From Nitrospirales bacterium (GTDB lineage Bacteria; Nitrospirota; Nitrospiria; Nitrospirales; NS-4): DNA of 64,000 nt. Positions 37,496-47,400 of this stretch are shown piece after piece. Position numbers and translations under genes: made by a program. The notes beneath the pieces were generated by a model, which was not told where the DNA came from, searched no databases, and worked only from the letters and a program-made list of their open reading frames with translations. The stretch is taken from assembly GCA_036505795.1 (NCBI GenBank), contig DASXSU010000113.1, positions 933 to 64,932 on the forward strand. Reading direction: 5' to 3'. Position 1 is the stretch's first letter. Every line of letters begins with the position of its first letter.

Positions 37496-38013
37496 TAGCC
37501 GGCTTCAACTTCCCGCGATGCTTCTTCCACCGCCGCCGCCATTTCTTTTTTGTATTGGCGCAGGCGCTCGGCCAGGGCGGAGTCTTTTCGAGCAAGGATC
37601 TGCGCGGCAAGGATCGCCGCATTCTTGGCGCCGGCCTTGCCGATTGCCATCGTCGCGACAGGGATTCCGCCCGGCATCTGCACCGTCGCCAGGAGGGCGT
37701 CGAGGCCCTTGAGCGGGGAGCTGTCCAGGGGTATGCCGATCACCGGCAGAATGGAGTTGGCTGCCATCACGCCGGCTAGATGTGCGGCGCCGCCCGCTCC
37801 GACAATCAGGACCTCCAAACCGCGTTCTTCCGCCGTCGAGGCAAGTTTATGGGCGCGCTCAGGCGAGCGATGAGCCGAGGCGACCGCCATCTCGCATGCA
37901 ATCCCTAATTCGCGAAGGGTCTTGCGCACCTCTTCCATGGCCGCGGCATCGGAGGCACTTCCCATATAAACGCCGACTCGCGTGTTCGTGCCGTCGCCCT
38001 TAGGTTTTGTCAT
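37495..38013 (-). CDS. purE: 5-(carboxyamino)imidazole ribonucleotide mutase
   Basis: GSASD, SAHRSP and GAGGAAHLAG motifs. Confidence 0.9.
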   Translation of the reverse strand: MTKPKGDGTNTRVGVYMGSASDAAAMEEVRKTLRELGIACEMAVASAHRSPERAHKLASTAEERGLEVLIVGAGGAAHLAGVMAANSILPVIGIPLDSSPLKGLDALLATVQMPGGIPVATMAIGKAGAKNAAILAAQILARKDSALAERLRQYKKEMAAAVEEASREVEAG

Positions 38014-38063
38014 ATCAGGTCCTCTGGTCGGAGGTAGTATAGCATTTCACGCGCCCATGACGA

Positions 38064-39341
38064 TTACGCGAAAGCCCGTGAGCCGATATCGGTACGGTAT
38101 TGCATCCCCTCAAACCGGATCGTGTCCACGGCGGCATAGGCTCGGGCGCGCGCCGAAGCAAAGTCGTCACCGATGCCGGTGATGCCGAGGACCCGCCCTC
38201 CGGCCGTGACCGGCTCATCGCTTGTCGAAGAGGCTGTCGCGGTGCCGGCATGAAAGATCAGCAGTCTATCCGTATTGCCGCTCTTATCGAGTCCGTAAAT
38301 CGGGGTGCCTTTGACGATCGTCCTCGGATAACCTCCGGCCGCGAGCACCACGCAGACCGCAACGCCGGGTTTCCACTCGATCGAGGCTTGATCTAAGCGG
38401 TGCTCGGTCGCAGCGATCAACAGGTCCACGAGATCGGTCTTGAGCAGCGGCAGGACCGCCTGGGTTTCGGGGTCGCCCAGACGAGCGTTAAACTCAAGCA
38501 CCCGCGGTACCCCATTGCTCACCATGACGCCCGCATACAGGACCCCTTGAAAGGGACTGCCAAGCTGGGCAAGCCCTTCCACGGCCGGTTCCAGGATAGT
38601 GCGACGGACCTGGTCAAGCAACTTGGGGCTGCCGATTGGGGCCGGCGCGTATGCCCCCATTCCACCGGTGTTAGGACCTGTGTCTCCATCGCCGAGTCGT
38701 TTGTGGTCTTGCGCCGGGATCATGGGGACGATGGTCTTCCCATCGGTGAAGGCCATCACCGTCATCTCTTCCCCTTCTAGAAACTGCTCGATCACCACAC
38801 GCGCACCCGCCTCCCCAAAGGCCTTGCCGTCCAACATGGCCGTCACGGCGTCGCGGGCCTCTCCCCGGGTCCGCGCGACGACCACCCCCTTGCCTTGTGC
38901 CAAGCCGTCGGCCTTCACGACAATGGGTGTCTCCCGTCGCTCGAGATACTCAAAGGCGCCGGAGGTCGCGGTGAAGCTCTTGGCTTCGGCCGTAGGGATA
39001 CGAAGCCGGGTCATCAGGTCTTTGGAAAACACCTTGCTCGATTCAACACGCGCGGCGGCGCGCTGAGGGCCGAAGATCCGCAGCTTGTGCCGTCGGAACT
39101 CGTCCACAATCCCGGCGGCCAGCGGTCCTTCCGGACCCACGACCGTCAGGTCAACATGATGCTCCTGCGCAAACGCTCGCAGCCCGATGATGTCGTCGGC
39201 TGCTAACGGCACGCATTGCGCAAGCGCCGCGATCCCCGGATTGCCTGGGGCACAATAGAGTTTCGTCGCCGCGGGGCTTTGGGCAATCTTCCACGCCAAG
39301 GCGTGTTCGCGCCCTGCGCCTCCGACAATCAGAATGTTCAA
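38064..39341 (-). CDS. purD: phosphoribosylamine-glycine ligase
   Basis: MNILIVGGAGREHALAWK and an ATP-grasp core. Confidence 0.9.
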   Translation of the reverse strand: MNILIVGGAGREHALAWKIAQSPAATKLYCAPGNPGIAALAQCVPLAADDIIGLRAFAQEHHVDLTVVGPEGPLAAGIVDEFRRHKLRIFGPQRAAARVESSKVFSKDLMTRLRIPTAEAKSFTATSGAFEYLERRETPIVVKADGLAQGKGVVVARTRGEARDAVTAMLDGKAFGEAGARVVIEQFLEGEEMTVMAFTDGKTIVPMIPAQDHKRLGDGDTGPNTGGMGAYAPAPIGSPKLLDQVRRTILEPAVEGLAQLGSPFQGVLYAGVMVSNGVPRVLEFNARLGDPETQAVLPLLKTDLVDLLIAATEHRLDQASIEWKPGVAVCVVLAAGGYPRTIVKGTPIYGLDKSGNTDRLLIFHAGTATASSTSDEPVTAGGRVLGITGIGDDFASARARAYAAVDTIRFEGMQYRTDIGSRAFA

Positions 39342-39419
39342 CGGGAAACTCGAGGTGTCAGATGCAACATCATGGTGAGTACATCCACGGGGTCCGGTAT
39401 CAGAACAGCGCCCGCGGCC

Positions 39420-41021
39420 CTAGTGCCGGAAATGGCGCATCCCAGTGAGGACCATCGCCATGTTGTGTTCGTCCGCTGCCTGTACGACTTCTTGATCCCG
39501 GATCGACCCGCCCGGCTGGATGACGGCCGTAATGCCGGCTTCGGCGGCCGCGTCGATCCCGTCCCTGAAGGGGAAAAAGGCATCGGACGCCATGATGCAG
39601 CCGGCCAGTGACGAGGCCGCTTTCATCGTGGCGAGCTTCACCGAATCCACCCGGCTCATTTGGCCTGCTCCGATGCCGATCGTTCGGTCAGGACGCGCGA
39701 ACACGATCGCATTCGATTTGACATGCTTGCACACCTTCCAGCCGAAGGCAAACGCCTGCTTCTCCTGGTCCGTCGGCGGTCGTTTCGAGACCACTTTGAG
39801 GGCGCCGATGTCCGGAATAGCGCCGAGATCGCGATCCTGAAGAATGAGCCCGCCCACGATTTTTTTCATGTCCAGCAGGTCGAGGCCTTCGCGGCCCTCG
39901 GTGTGCAACGGTCCCACATCCAGGACTCGCAGGTCTTTTTTCCTCTTCAATTCCGCCAGCGCCGCGTCCTCGAATCCCGGGGCCACCACCACTTCGAGAA
40001 AGGTCGCGGTCATCTCCTTCGCGGCCGCCAGATCCACCGGTACATTGAACGCGACGACACCCCCGAACGCGGAGATGGGATCGGTGTCGCGCGCGCGCGA
40101 ATAGGCGTCTTTCGGCGTGTCGCCGATCGCGGCACCGCAAGGGTTGTTGTGTTTCACGATCGCGGCGGCCACCACCGGCCGGCTGGAGCCGGAAAGGGCG
40201 GCATCCTCACGCGCCGCGCCGAATTCTTTCACCAACTCGAGGGCGGAATTCGCGTCCAGGAAATTGTTGTAGGACATTTCCTTGCCATGGAGTTGCCGCC
40301 CGCGGGCGACTGCGGTCTCATGACCGGAAAGCTCGCGATAGAAGGCGCCCTGCTGATGCGGGTTCTCTCCGTAACGAAGCGTGTGCACCTTTTCAAATTG
40401 GAGGTTCAGCTGCGATGGAAACTTCACCGCGCTCCCGGCGCTTTGGGCGTCCAAGTAGCCGCTGATCATCCCGTCATAGCGGCCCGTATGCTGGAACACC
40501 TTTCGAGCGAGATCCAGCCGCAGTTGCGGCGACACCCCCTCGCCGCGCATCGCGTCCACGACTTTCGGGTAATCCGCCGGATCCACGACGACCGTGACAT
40601 CGGCATGATTTTTTGCGGCCGACCGGAGCATCGAGGGACCGCCGATGTCGATGTTCTCAATCGCCTCTTCAAAAGAGCAGCCCGGCTTGTTGATGGCGGC
40701 TTCAAACGGATAGAGGTTCACGGCCACGAGATCGATGGGTGCGATGCCCTGGCTGGCCATTTCTGCCGCGTGCCGGGGATCCTTCCGCCGCCCCAGCAAA
40801 CCGCCATGGATCTTTGGATGGAGGGTCTTGACTCGGCCATCGAGGATCTCCGGCGAGCCGGTGTAGGCAGCCACGTCCGTCACCGGCAACCCCGCTTCCC
40901 GGAGCGCTTTTGCCGTGCCGCCCGTGGAGAGGATCTCGTATCCGAGTTCTGTCAGGGCCTTTGCAAACTCAAAAATGCCAGACTTGTCCGAAACGCTGAT
41001 AAGCGCGCGCTTCACGGTCAC
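39420..41021 (-). CDS. purH: bifunctional AICAR transformylase / IMP cyclohydrolase
   Basis: RALISVSDKSG and VKTLHPKIHGG motifs. The C-terminus ends MRHFRH. Confidence 0.9.
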   Translation of the reverse strand: MTVKRALISVSDKSGIFEFAKALTELGYEILSTGGTAKALREAGLPVTDVAAYTGSPEILDGRVKTLHPKIHGGLLGRRKDPRHAAEMASQGIAPIDLVAVNLYPFEAAINKPGCSFEEAIENIDIGGPSMLRSAAKNHADVTVVVDPADYPKVVDAMRGEGVSPQLRLDLARKVFQHTGRYDGMISGYLDAQSAGSAVKFPSQLNLQFEKVHTLRYGENPHQQGAFYRELSGHETAVARGRQLHGKEMSYNNFLDANSALELVKEFGAAREDAALSGSSRPVVAAAIVKHNNPCGAAIGDTPKDAYSRARDTDPISAFGGVVAFNVPVDLAAAKEMTATFLEVVVAPGFEDAALAELKRKKDLRVLDVGPLHTEGREGLDLLDMKKIVGGLILQDRDLGAIPDIGALKVVSKRPPTDQEKQAFAFGWKVCKHVKSNAIVFARPDRTIGIGAGQMSRVDSVKLATMKAASSLAGCIMASDAFFPFRDGIDAAAEAGITAVIQPGGSIRDQEVVQAADEHNMAMVLTGMRHFRH

Positions 41022-41039
41022 TTCTCCTTGATGGGGGGG

Positions 41040-41633
41040 TTAGAGCTTGCCGGCTTCGCGGAGTACATCACGAAAAACGCGGTAAAACCGGTCATTATCG
41101 GAGGCGGCTTCCTGTACAATTGCTTTGAGATTACCCAGCTCCGTTTCAGCCACGACGAAGTTGACGCTCTTGGCAAACGCCGCGAATGGGTCCAGCGTCC
41201 GGTACTCTTTGCCGATCAGCCCCACATACATGAAGCGCCGGATCGACATGGGCATCGGTTGGAGGATCTTCAATACGCCATTCGACGATCCGCCGTACTC
41301 CTCGTGCAGAATGACCAGACCGTAAGGCGACTGCCAGAGCCTGTCGACCGCTTCCTTGGGGTCGTTCACTATATGCACAGTATACCCCAGCTCTGCAAGA
41401 GCCGTTTTGACGCTCATCTGACCATGGAGCGGGTCCACGCAGACCATGGCGATCCCGTGAGGTTCGAACTCTGCGGCGGCCGCTTCCGCCGCGTCCTGCG
41501 TCACCTTATTGGCTGCTTGCACTTGGATCTTGTGCTGGCATTTCGGACAGGCGACCGTGACAGACCCGACTTTGGGAACTTTGGCGTCAGGGATGGAGAG
41601 CTTCGCCGCGCACGCACTACAAGTTAGGATCAT
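41040..41633 (-). CDS. MJ0042-type zinc-ribbon protein fused to a receiver-like (pseudo-receiver) domain
   Basis: MILTCSACAAKLSIPD...ACPKCQHKI is the zinc ribbon. The C-terminal domain looks like a receiver fold but has VCVDP and LVILHEE where DD and the phospho-acceptor Asp would sit. ATGA overlap with pilU. Confidence 0.6.
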   Translation of the reverse strand: MILTCSACAAKLSIPDAKVPKVGSVTVACPKCQHKIQVQAANKVTQDAAEAAAAEFEPHGIAMVCVDPLHGQMSVKTALAELGYTVHIVNDPKEAVDRLWQSPYGLVILHEEYGGSSNGVLKILQPMPMSIRRFMYVGLIGKEYRTLDPFAAFAKSVNFVVAETELGNLKAIVQEAASDNDRFYRVFRDVLREAGKL

Positions 41634-42805
41634 TTTCGTTTCACCGTCTTGCTATAGCCTTTGTCCATGCTCAGACCATCGATGTCCGTCGTCTGTTCGC
41701 CGCGGGTATGCTTGATCTGATCGACGCCCCGATGAACCACGGACTTTTGGGTGGAGTACGCTAATGCGTCCTCCTCGGTAATCGAGCCTTCGGCGTAGGC
41801 GCGGATCAGCGCCTGATCGAACGTTTGCATTCCGAACGGCGCGCCGGCCTCCTGGATCTCATATATCGTTTTTCCCTCGGACTCTCCGAGTTGAATGACC
41901 TCTCGAAGCCGGAGGTTAGTCATCAGAATATCGTGGACGGCAATCCGTCCTCCTCCTACCTTCGGGAGCAGTCGCTGCCCGACGATCCACTTGACCGCAT
42001 CGGCCAACCGGAGCCGGATATGTCGTTCTTCTTCGGACGGGAACATGCCGATGATACGGGTAATGGTGCGTGCCGCGTCGATGGTATGCAGGGTGCTGAG
42101 GACCAAATGTCCCGTCTCGGAAGCTCGGAGGGCCAGCTCCAAGGTTTCGCGGTCGCGCATTTCACCGACCAGAATGACTTTCGGCGCCGCGCGGAGAGCG
42201 GCACGCAAACCGTTCGCAAATGTATCGAAGTCACTGCCGAGCTGCCGTTGGTTGAAGGTGGCTTTCTGCTTGTGGTGCACGAATTCCACCGGATCCTCCA
42301 GCGTAATGATATGCACCGGCTTGGTTTGATTGATCTGGTTCAGCAAGGCCGCCAGCGATGTGGTTTTGCCGACGCCGGTGGGGCCCGTCAGCAGGATCAA
42401 GCCGTTCTTCTCCTCCGCCGTCTTCTTTAAGACCTCCGGCAGGTTGAGCTCATCAATGGTCGGAATCTTGCTTTCCAGTTTCCTCATCGCGAGGGAGTAA
42501 TGGCCCTGCTGCTGGAAGATGTTCACGCGCAGTCGTGTTTGGCGAGGCATCACGTACGACTGGTCGCACGATCCCTCTTGAACAAGATTTCTATATAAGC
42601 GCCGGTCATTGTTAATCAGATTGATCGCGAAGACCTCCGTCTGAAATGGGGTGAGTTTCTCGATGGCCGGCTCCACCGTCACGGGCATCAGCTCTCCGTG
42701 CGCCTCGATCTGCAGTGGATAGTCCACCGTCAGGTTGAGGTCCGAGACATTCTTGTGGGCATCCACCATGGTAGCCAGCATGATATCGAGTTCGTGCTTT
42801 CTCAT
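41630..42805 (-). CDS. pilU: PilT-family type IV pilus retraction ATPase, PilU-like
   Basis: Walker A GPTGVGKTT, Asp box and His box (TLHT). Paralog of the adjacent pilT. Confidence 0.8.
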   Translation of the reverse strand: MRKHELDIMLATMVDAHKNVSDLNLTVDYPLQIEAHGELMPVTVEPAIEKLTPFQTEVFAINLINNDRRLYRNLVQEGSCDQSYVMPRQTRLRVNIFQQQGHYSLAMRKLESKIPTIDELNLPEVLKKTAEEKNGLILLTGPTGVGKTTSLAALLNQINQTKPVHIITLEDPVEFVHHKQKATFNQRQLGSDFDTFANGLRAALRAAPKVILVGEMRDRETLELALRASETGHLVLSTLHTIDAARTITRIIGMFPSEEERHIRLRLADAVKWIVGQRLLPKVGGGRIAVHDILMTNLRLREVIQLGESEGKTIYEIQEAGAPFGMQTFDQALIRAYAEGSITEEDALAYSTQKSVVHRGVDQIKHTRGEQTTDIDGLSMDKGYSKTVKRK

Positions 42806-42828
42806 TGCTTCCTTTCAGGCACTGTTAG

Positions 42829-42965
42829 CACCCCCCCGCCCTGGGTCGGCCAAGACCGACCCTTTACCCCTGATACCCACCCAGCCCCAGGCGTCATCGC
42901 ACCCGCCAACCCCGAGGCCTGCCAAGACAGGCTCCTTGCCCGAGGGACGCGCCCCTTCCCGGTGA
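42829..42965 (-). repeat. 3-4 tandem degenerate units of the G-rich intergenic repeat family (C-rich on + strand)
   Basis: cacccccccgccctgg..ggccaagac.. and cacccgccaaccccgaggcctgccaagacaggctcctt match the reverse complement of the 63.4-kb unit cacccgcccgccctggaatctgccaagacagattcctt. Confidence 0.6.
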
Positions 42966-42968
42966 GCC

Positions 42969-44048
42969 TCAACCCGCTAAATCATCCGGCGGCGCCTTCA
43001 GAAACTGCGCGAACTTGTCCTTGGCGATACATTTGTCGTAGGCTTCCTCCGGGCTTATCCATTTCTTCTGCAGCACTTCCATGATGGCGTCGTCCAGGGT
43101 CTGCATTCCGTACCGTTTGCCGACCTGAATCATCGAGGGAATCTGAAAGGTTTTGTTCTCACGAATCAGGTTCTGGATGGCGGGGTTGCATACCATCACC
43201 TCCAACGCGGAACATCGGCCCTTCATATCGATTCGCTTGAACAGGTTTTGGGCGACGACGAGCTTCAGACTCGTCGACAGCGTGTTGCGCACCTGGTTCT
43301 GCTGCTCGTGGGGAAACACCTCAATCACGCGATCCACCGTCTTCGCAGCACTCGTGGTGTGCAGCGTGGCAAAGACTAAATGGCCGGTCGCGGCGGCTTC
43401 AAGCGCCAAGCTGATCGTTTCGAGATCTCTCATTTCACCGACCAGAATGATATCGGGGTCCTCGCGGAGCGCGCCGCGCAACCCCGAAGAGAAGGATTTG
43501 GTATGGGTGCCGATCTCACGATGGTTGATAACGCAGCCTTGGCTCTGGTGCACAAACTCGATGGGGTCTTCCAGGGTGATAATGTGATCTTTCCGATTCT
43601 TGTTGGCGTGATCGAGCATGGCCGCGAGCGTCGTGGATTTGCCGCTGCCGGTGGGTCCGGTGACCAAAACCAGACCTTTATGGAGCATGCTGGCCCGCGT
43701 GAGAATGGCCGGCAACCCGAGGTCGCGCGCGGTTGCGATCTTGCTGGGGATCTGCCGGAAGGCGGCCCCGATCCCGTATTTTTGGTTGAAAAAGTTGGCG
43801 CGGTATCGAGCAATGCCAGGAATCTCATAGCCGAAATCGACGTCGCCGGTCTCTTCGAACAGCTTGATCTTCGGCTCGGGGGCGATCTCGTACAGCATTT
43901 TTTTCAGCTCATCGTTCTCCAGAACCTGGTACTTGATCCGCTCCAAATCGCCGTGTAGCCGCAGAATCGGGACCTGCCCGGACACCAAATGGAGGTCCGA
44001 GGCCCCTTGTTCATTCATCAACTTGAAAAACGCGTCAATCTTGGCCAT
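42969..44048 (-). CDS. pilT: type IV pilus twitching motility ATPase
   Basis: GASDLHLVSGQVPILRLHGDL, GPTGSGKST and AxTGHLVFxTLHT motifs. Confidence 0.9.
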   Translation of the reverse strand: MAKIDAFFKLMNEQGASDLHLVSGQVPILRLHGDLERIKYQVLENDELKKMLYEIAPEPKIKLFEETGDVDFGYEIPGIARYRANFFNQKYGIGAAFRQIPSKIATARDLGLPAILTRASMLHKGLVLVTGPTGSGKSTTLAAMLDHANKNRKDHIITLEDPIEFVHQSQGCVINHREIGTHTKSFSSGLRGALREDPDIILVGEMRDLETISLALEAAATGHLVFATLHTTSAAKTVDRVIEVFPHEQQNQVRNTLSTSLKLVVAQNLFKRIDMKGRCSALEVMVCNPAIQNLIRENKTFQIPSMIQVGKRYGMQTLDDAIMEVLQKKWISPEEAYDKCIAKDKFAQFLKAPPDDLAG

Positions 44049-44189
44049 TGCCCCGCCTTTCCAGGCATCCTAACTGGTGTAAATCCCTATAGGAAACCTA
44101 CCATAACCCCTTAGTTAGGTCAATAAAAACCCTTATCCACAGCGGCTGATTCAAGGCCCGGGTCCGCCCTCCGCAGCGGCCAATGTCGT

Positions 44190-44405
44190 CGGGAAAGTCA
44201 CGCAGCTATCGGGATAGGAGCCTGTCCCATGGGCCAAGGACCCGTCCCGGCGGGGCCGGGTGACATCGGGAAAGGGAGCGTCCCGGCGCGCCTGGGGTGG
44301 GTGGGTGTTACGGGGGTGAAATACGGCTTGGGGCGGGTGGGTGCAATGGGCGGGTGCCCGCGGGAAGGGGCGCGTCTCGGCGCGCCTGGGGCGGGAGGGT
44401 GCAAT
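44190..44405 (+). repeat. array of about 5 degenerate units of the G-rich repeat family
   Basis: Units resemble cgggaaRggRgcgtcYcggcgcgcctggggYgggNgggtg, each ending in GGG-N-GGG-N-GGGTG. The ORFs called here on both strands are Pro/Gly-rich translations of the repeat. Confidence 0.6.
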
Positions 44406-44435
44406 GAGTGCGCTCTCGGGCGCACGGCGTTTTAA

Positions 44436-44464
44436 TTGACATCACACGAGGTCGCCCTTAAAAT
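44436..44464 (+). promoter_or_regulatory. near-consensus sigma-70 promoter of dnaE
   Basis: TTGACA-17 nt-TAAAAT. The -35 hexamer coincides with the TTG that the ORF track used as start. Confidence 0.5.
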
Positions 44465-44495
44465 GAGCTGGCTCTTATCGAGACGCCTCCCCCTG

Positions 44496-47400
44496 ATGAG
44501 GACACCAACGTTGGCGTCACCATTCGTTCATCTGCACGTTCATACCCAGTACAGTCTGCTCGACGGGGCCAATCAGATCGAGGCCTTGGTGCAGGCTGCG
44601 AAAGGGTTCGGGATGCCGGCCGTGGCGATCACGGATCACGGCAATCTTTTTGGCGCCATCGACTTCTACCAGAAAGCGACGGCGGCAGGCATTAAACCCA
44701 TCATCGGCTGCGAAGCCTATCTGGCGCCCAGGAGCCGGTTCGATCGGGAAAGCCAATTTGCTCACAACGAGTACTATCATTTGATTTTGCTCGCCGCGAA
44801 CCGAACCGGTTATCAGAACCTGCTCAAGCTCGCGAGCACTGCATACCTCGATGGGTTTTACTACAAGCCCCGGATCGATAAGGAAGTGCTCGGTCAATAC
44901 CACGAGGGCCTGATCGCGCTTTCCGGATGCCTGAGCGGAGAAGTCCCAAACCTGATTGGCAAAGATCGCCTGGAAGACGCCGTTCGCACCGCGGCCGAGT
45001 ACCGCGAGCTCTTCGGGGCAGAGAACTATTTTCTGGAGGTCCAGGAGAATGCCGTCCCGGAGCAGCAGATCGCGAACCGAGGGCTCCGCGAGATCCACAA
45101 GCGGCTGGGTATTCCGCTGGTCGCCACGAACGACTGCCACTATCTGAAAAAAGAGGACGCGAAGATCCACGACATCCTCCTTTGCCTTCAGACCGGAAAA
45201 ACGGTCAGCGATCCCAACCGTATGCGGTTTAACACCGATCAGCTCTACGTCAAATCCACAGTGGAGATGCTTGCAGCGTTTGCTGAATGGCCCGAGGCCG
45301 TCCACAACACCAGCCGGGTGGCGGAGATGTGCGAGCTTTCGTTTACGTTCGGTAAGCCATACCTGCCCCGCTATCGCGTGCCCGACGGGGAGACGCTGGA
45401 GACCTATCTCGACAAGCTGAGTGCGCAGGGTTTGAAAGATAGGCTGCGGGAGCGGCCCTCGACGCTTCCGATTAGTCAGTACGAGCGGCGGCTTCGTGAC
45501 GAGTTGACAATCATCACGTCGATGGGGTTTGCCGGTTACTTTTTGATCGTTTGGGACATTATTAACTTCGCGCGCGGCCGGGGCATACCGGTCGGTCCGG
45601 GACGCGGGTCAGCCGCCGGCAGCCTGGTGGCCTATGCTTTGCGCATCACCGACCTTGATCCATTAGTCTACGGGCTGCTGTTTGAGCGCTTCCTGAATCC
45701 CGAGCGCATCTCGCTCCCTGACATCGACATGGACTTTTGTATGGACCGGCGGCAGGAAGTCATCAACTACGTGGTGGACAAGTACGGAAAGGACTATGTC
45801 TGCCAGATCATCACGTTTGGCACGATGAAGGCGAGAGCCGCCATCCGCGACGTGGGTCGGGTGTTGGAGATGCCCTATGCTGAGGTGGACCGGATCGCCA
45901 AACTCGTCCCCGATCAATTGAACATCACGCTGGACGACGCACTGCAAGCCGAGCCTCGCCTGCGGGAAATTGTGGAGACCGATCCCAAAGTGCGGACGGT
46001 CTTTGAAACCGCCCGGGCCCTGGAAAACTCTCCGCGCCATGCGTCCACGCACGCCGCCGGCGTCGTCATCTCGCACGATCCGTTGACCAGCCATGTCCCT
46101 CTGTTTAAAGGCTCAAAATCCTCGGACGAGGTCGTGACGCAGTTCCCTATGGGGGACGTGGAGAAGATCGGCCTCGTGAAGTTCGATTTCCTCGGCCTCA
46201 AGACCCTGACGATGATTGCGCACGCGGAGCGACTGATTAACGCCGGTCGCGAAGCAGCTGATCGGTTCTCGACCGGGGTCATTCCGCTCGATGATGCCCA
46301 GACATTCGCCCTACTGTCGTCCGGGAAGACCGCCGGAGTGTTCCAGTTGGAAAGCCCGGGCATGCGCGATCTCCTGGTAGGACTTCGACCGGACCGTTTC
46401 GAGGAGATCATCGCCATCATCGCGCTGTATCGACCCGGCCCCATGGACCTGATTGGAGATTTCATCAAGCGCAAGCAGGGCAAGATTCCCATTACCTATG
46501 AGGTACCGGCCCTCCAGGAGCTCCTTGCGGAGACCTACGGCGTCATCGTGTATCAGGAACAGGTGATGGCCATTGCCAACAGCGTGGCCGGTTTTTCGCT
46601 CGGGCAGGCCGATATTCTCCGGCGGGCCATGGGCAAGAAAAAACCGGAGGAGATGGATAAGCTTCGCGCAAAATTTATCGAGGGGGCGAAATCGCGGGGC
46701 ATTTCGGACAAGAAGGCCGAGAAGCTTTTTGACCTGATCCAAAAGTTCGCGGGCTACGGATTCAACAAGTCGCACGCGGCCGCCTACGCGATGGTGACGT
46801 ACCAGACAGCCTACCTCAAGACGCACTATCCCAAAGAATTCATGGCCGCCCTGCTGACGAGCGAGATGGGAAACACCGACAAGGTGGTCCGCTACATCAC
46901 GGAATGTCGCGACCTCGGCCTTCGGGTGCTCCCTCCGGACGTGAACGAGAGTGAAAAGGACTTTTCGGTCTCCGCGGATGCGATCCGGTTCGGGTTAGCG
47001 GCGATTAAGAACGTCGGCGAGGGGCCGATCCAAACCATTCTGGACGCGCGGGCCACGGGTGGGCCGTTCCGCTCATTCTTTGATTTCTGTCTGCGCGTCG
47101 ACCTGCGCAAGCTGACAAAGCGCGCGGTCGAATGCCTCATCAAAGTCGGCGCGTTTGACTCGACAGGCGTCCGACGGGCACAACTGGCCGAGGTACTTGA
47201 TCGGACCGCCGATCAGGCCATGGCGGCCCAGCGCGCCGCCTCGCAAGGACAGACCAGCATGTTCCTGACCCCCGAGTCTGATGATGACACAGGAGCGAAG
47301 CCCGGCATGCTGTTAGTCGATGAATACCTCCCGACCGCGTCGGAATGGAGGGAGGAGCAGTTGCTCGCGTACGAGAAGGAGCTGATCGGGTTTTACATCA

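Noticed and set aside
39660-41627. 655-aa ORF on the + strand
   Set aside because: It lies entirely antisense to the clearly recognisable purH and the zinc-ribbon gene. Its Arg/His/Gly-rich composition is typical of open antisense frames in GC-rich DNA.
42829-44405. Possible CRISPR array, given the tandem short repeats flanking pilT
   Set aside because: The units are degenerate and directly abut one another, with no alternation of a constant repeat and unique spacers. The two arrays are in opposite orientation, no cas genes are present, and single copies occur elsewhere.
44198-44435. Pro/Gly-rich ORFs on both strands upstream of dnaE
   Set aside because: They are simply translations of the tandem G-rich repeat array. 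The equivalent ORFs at 42698-43084 and 50716-50991 have the same explanation.
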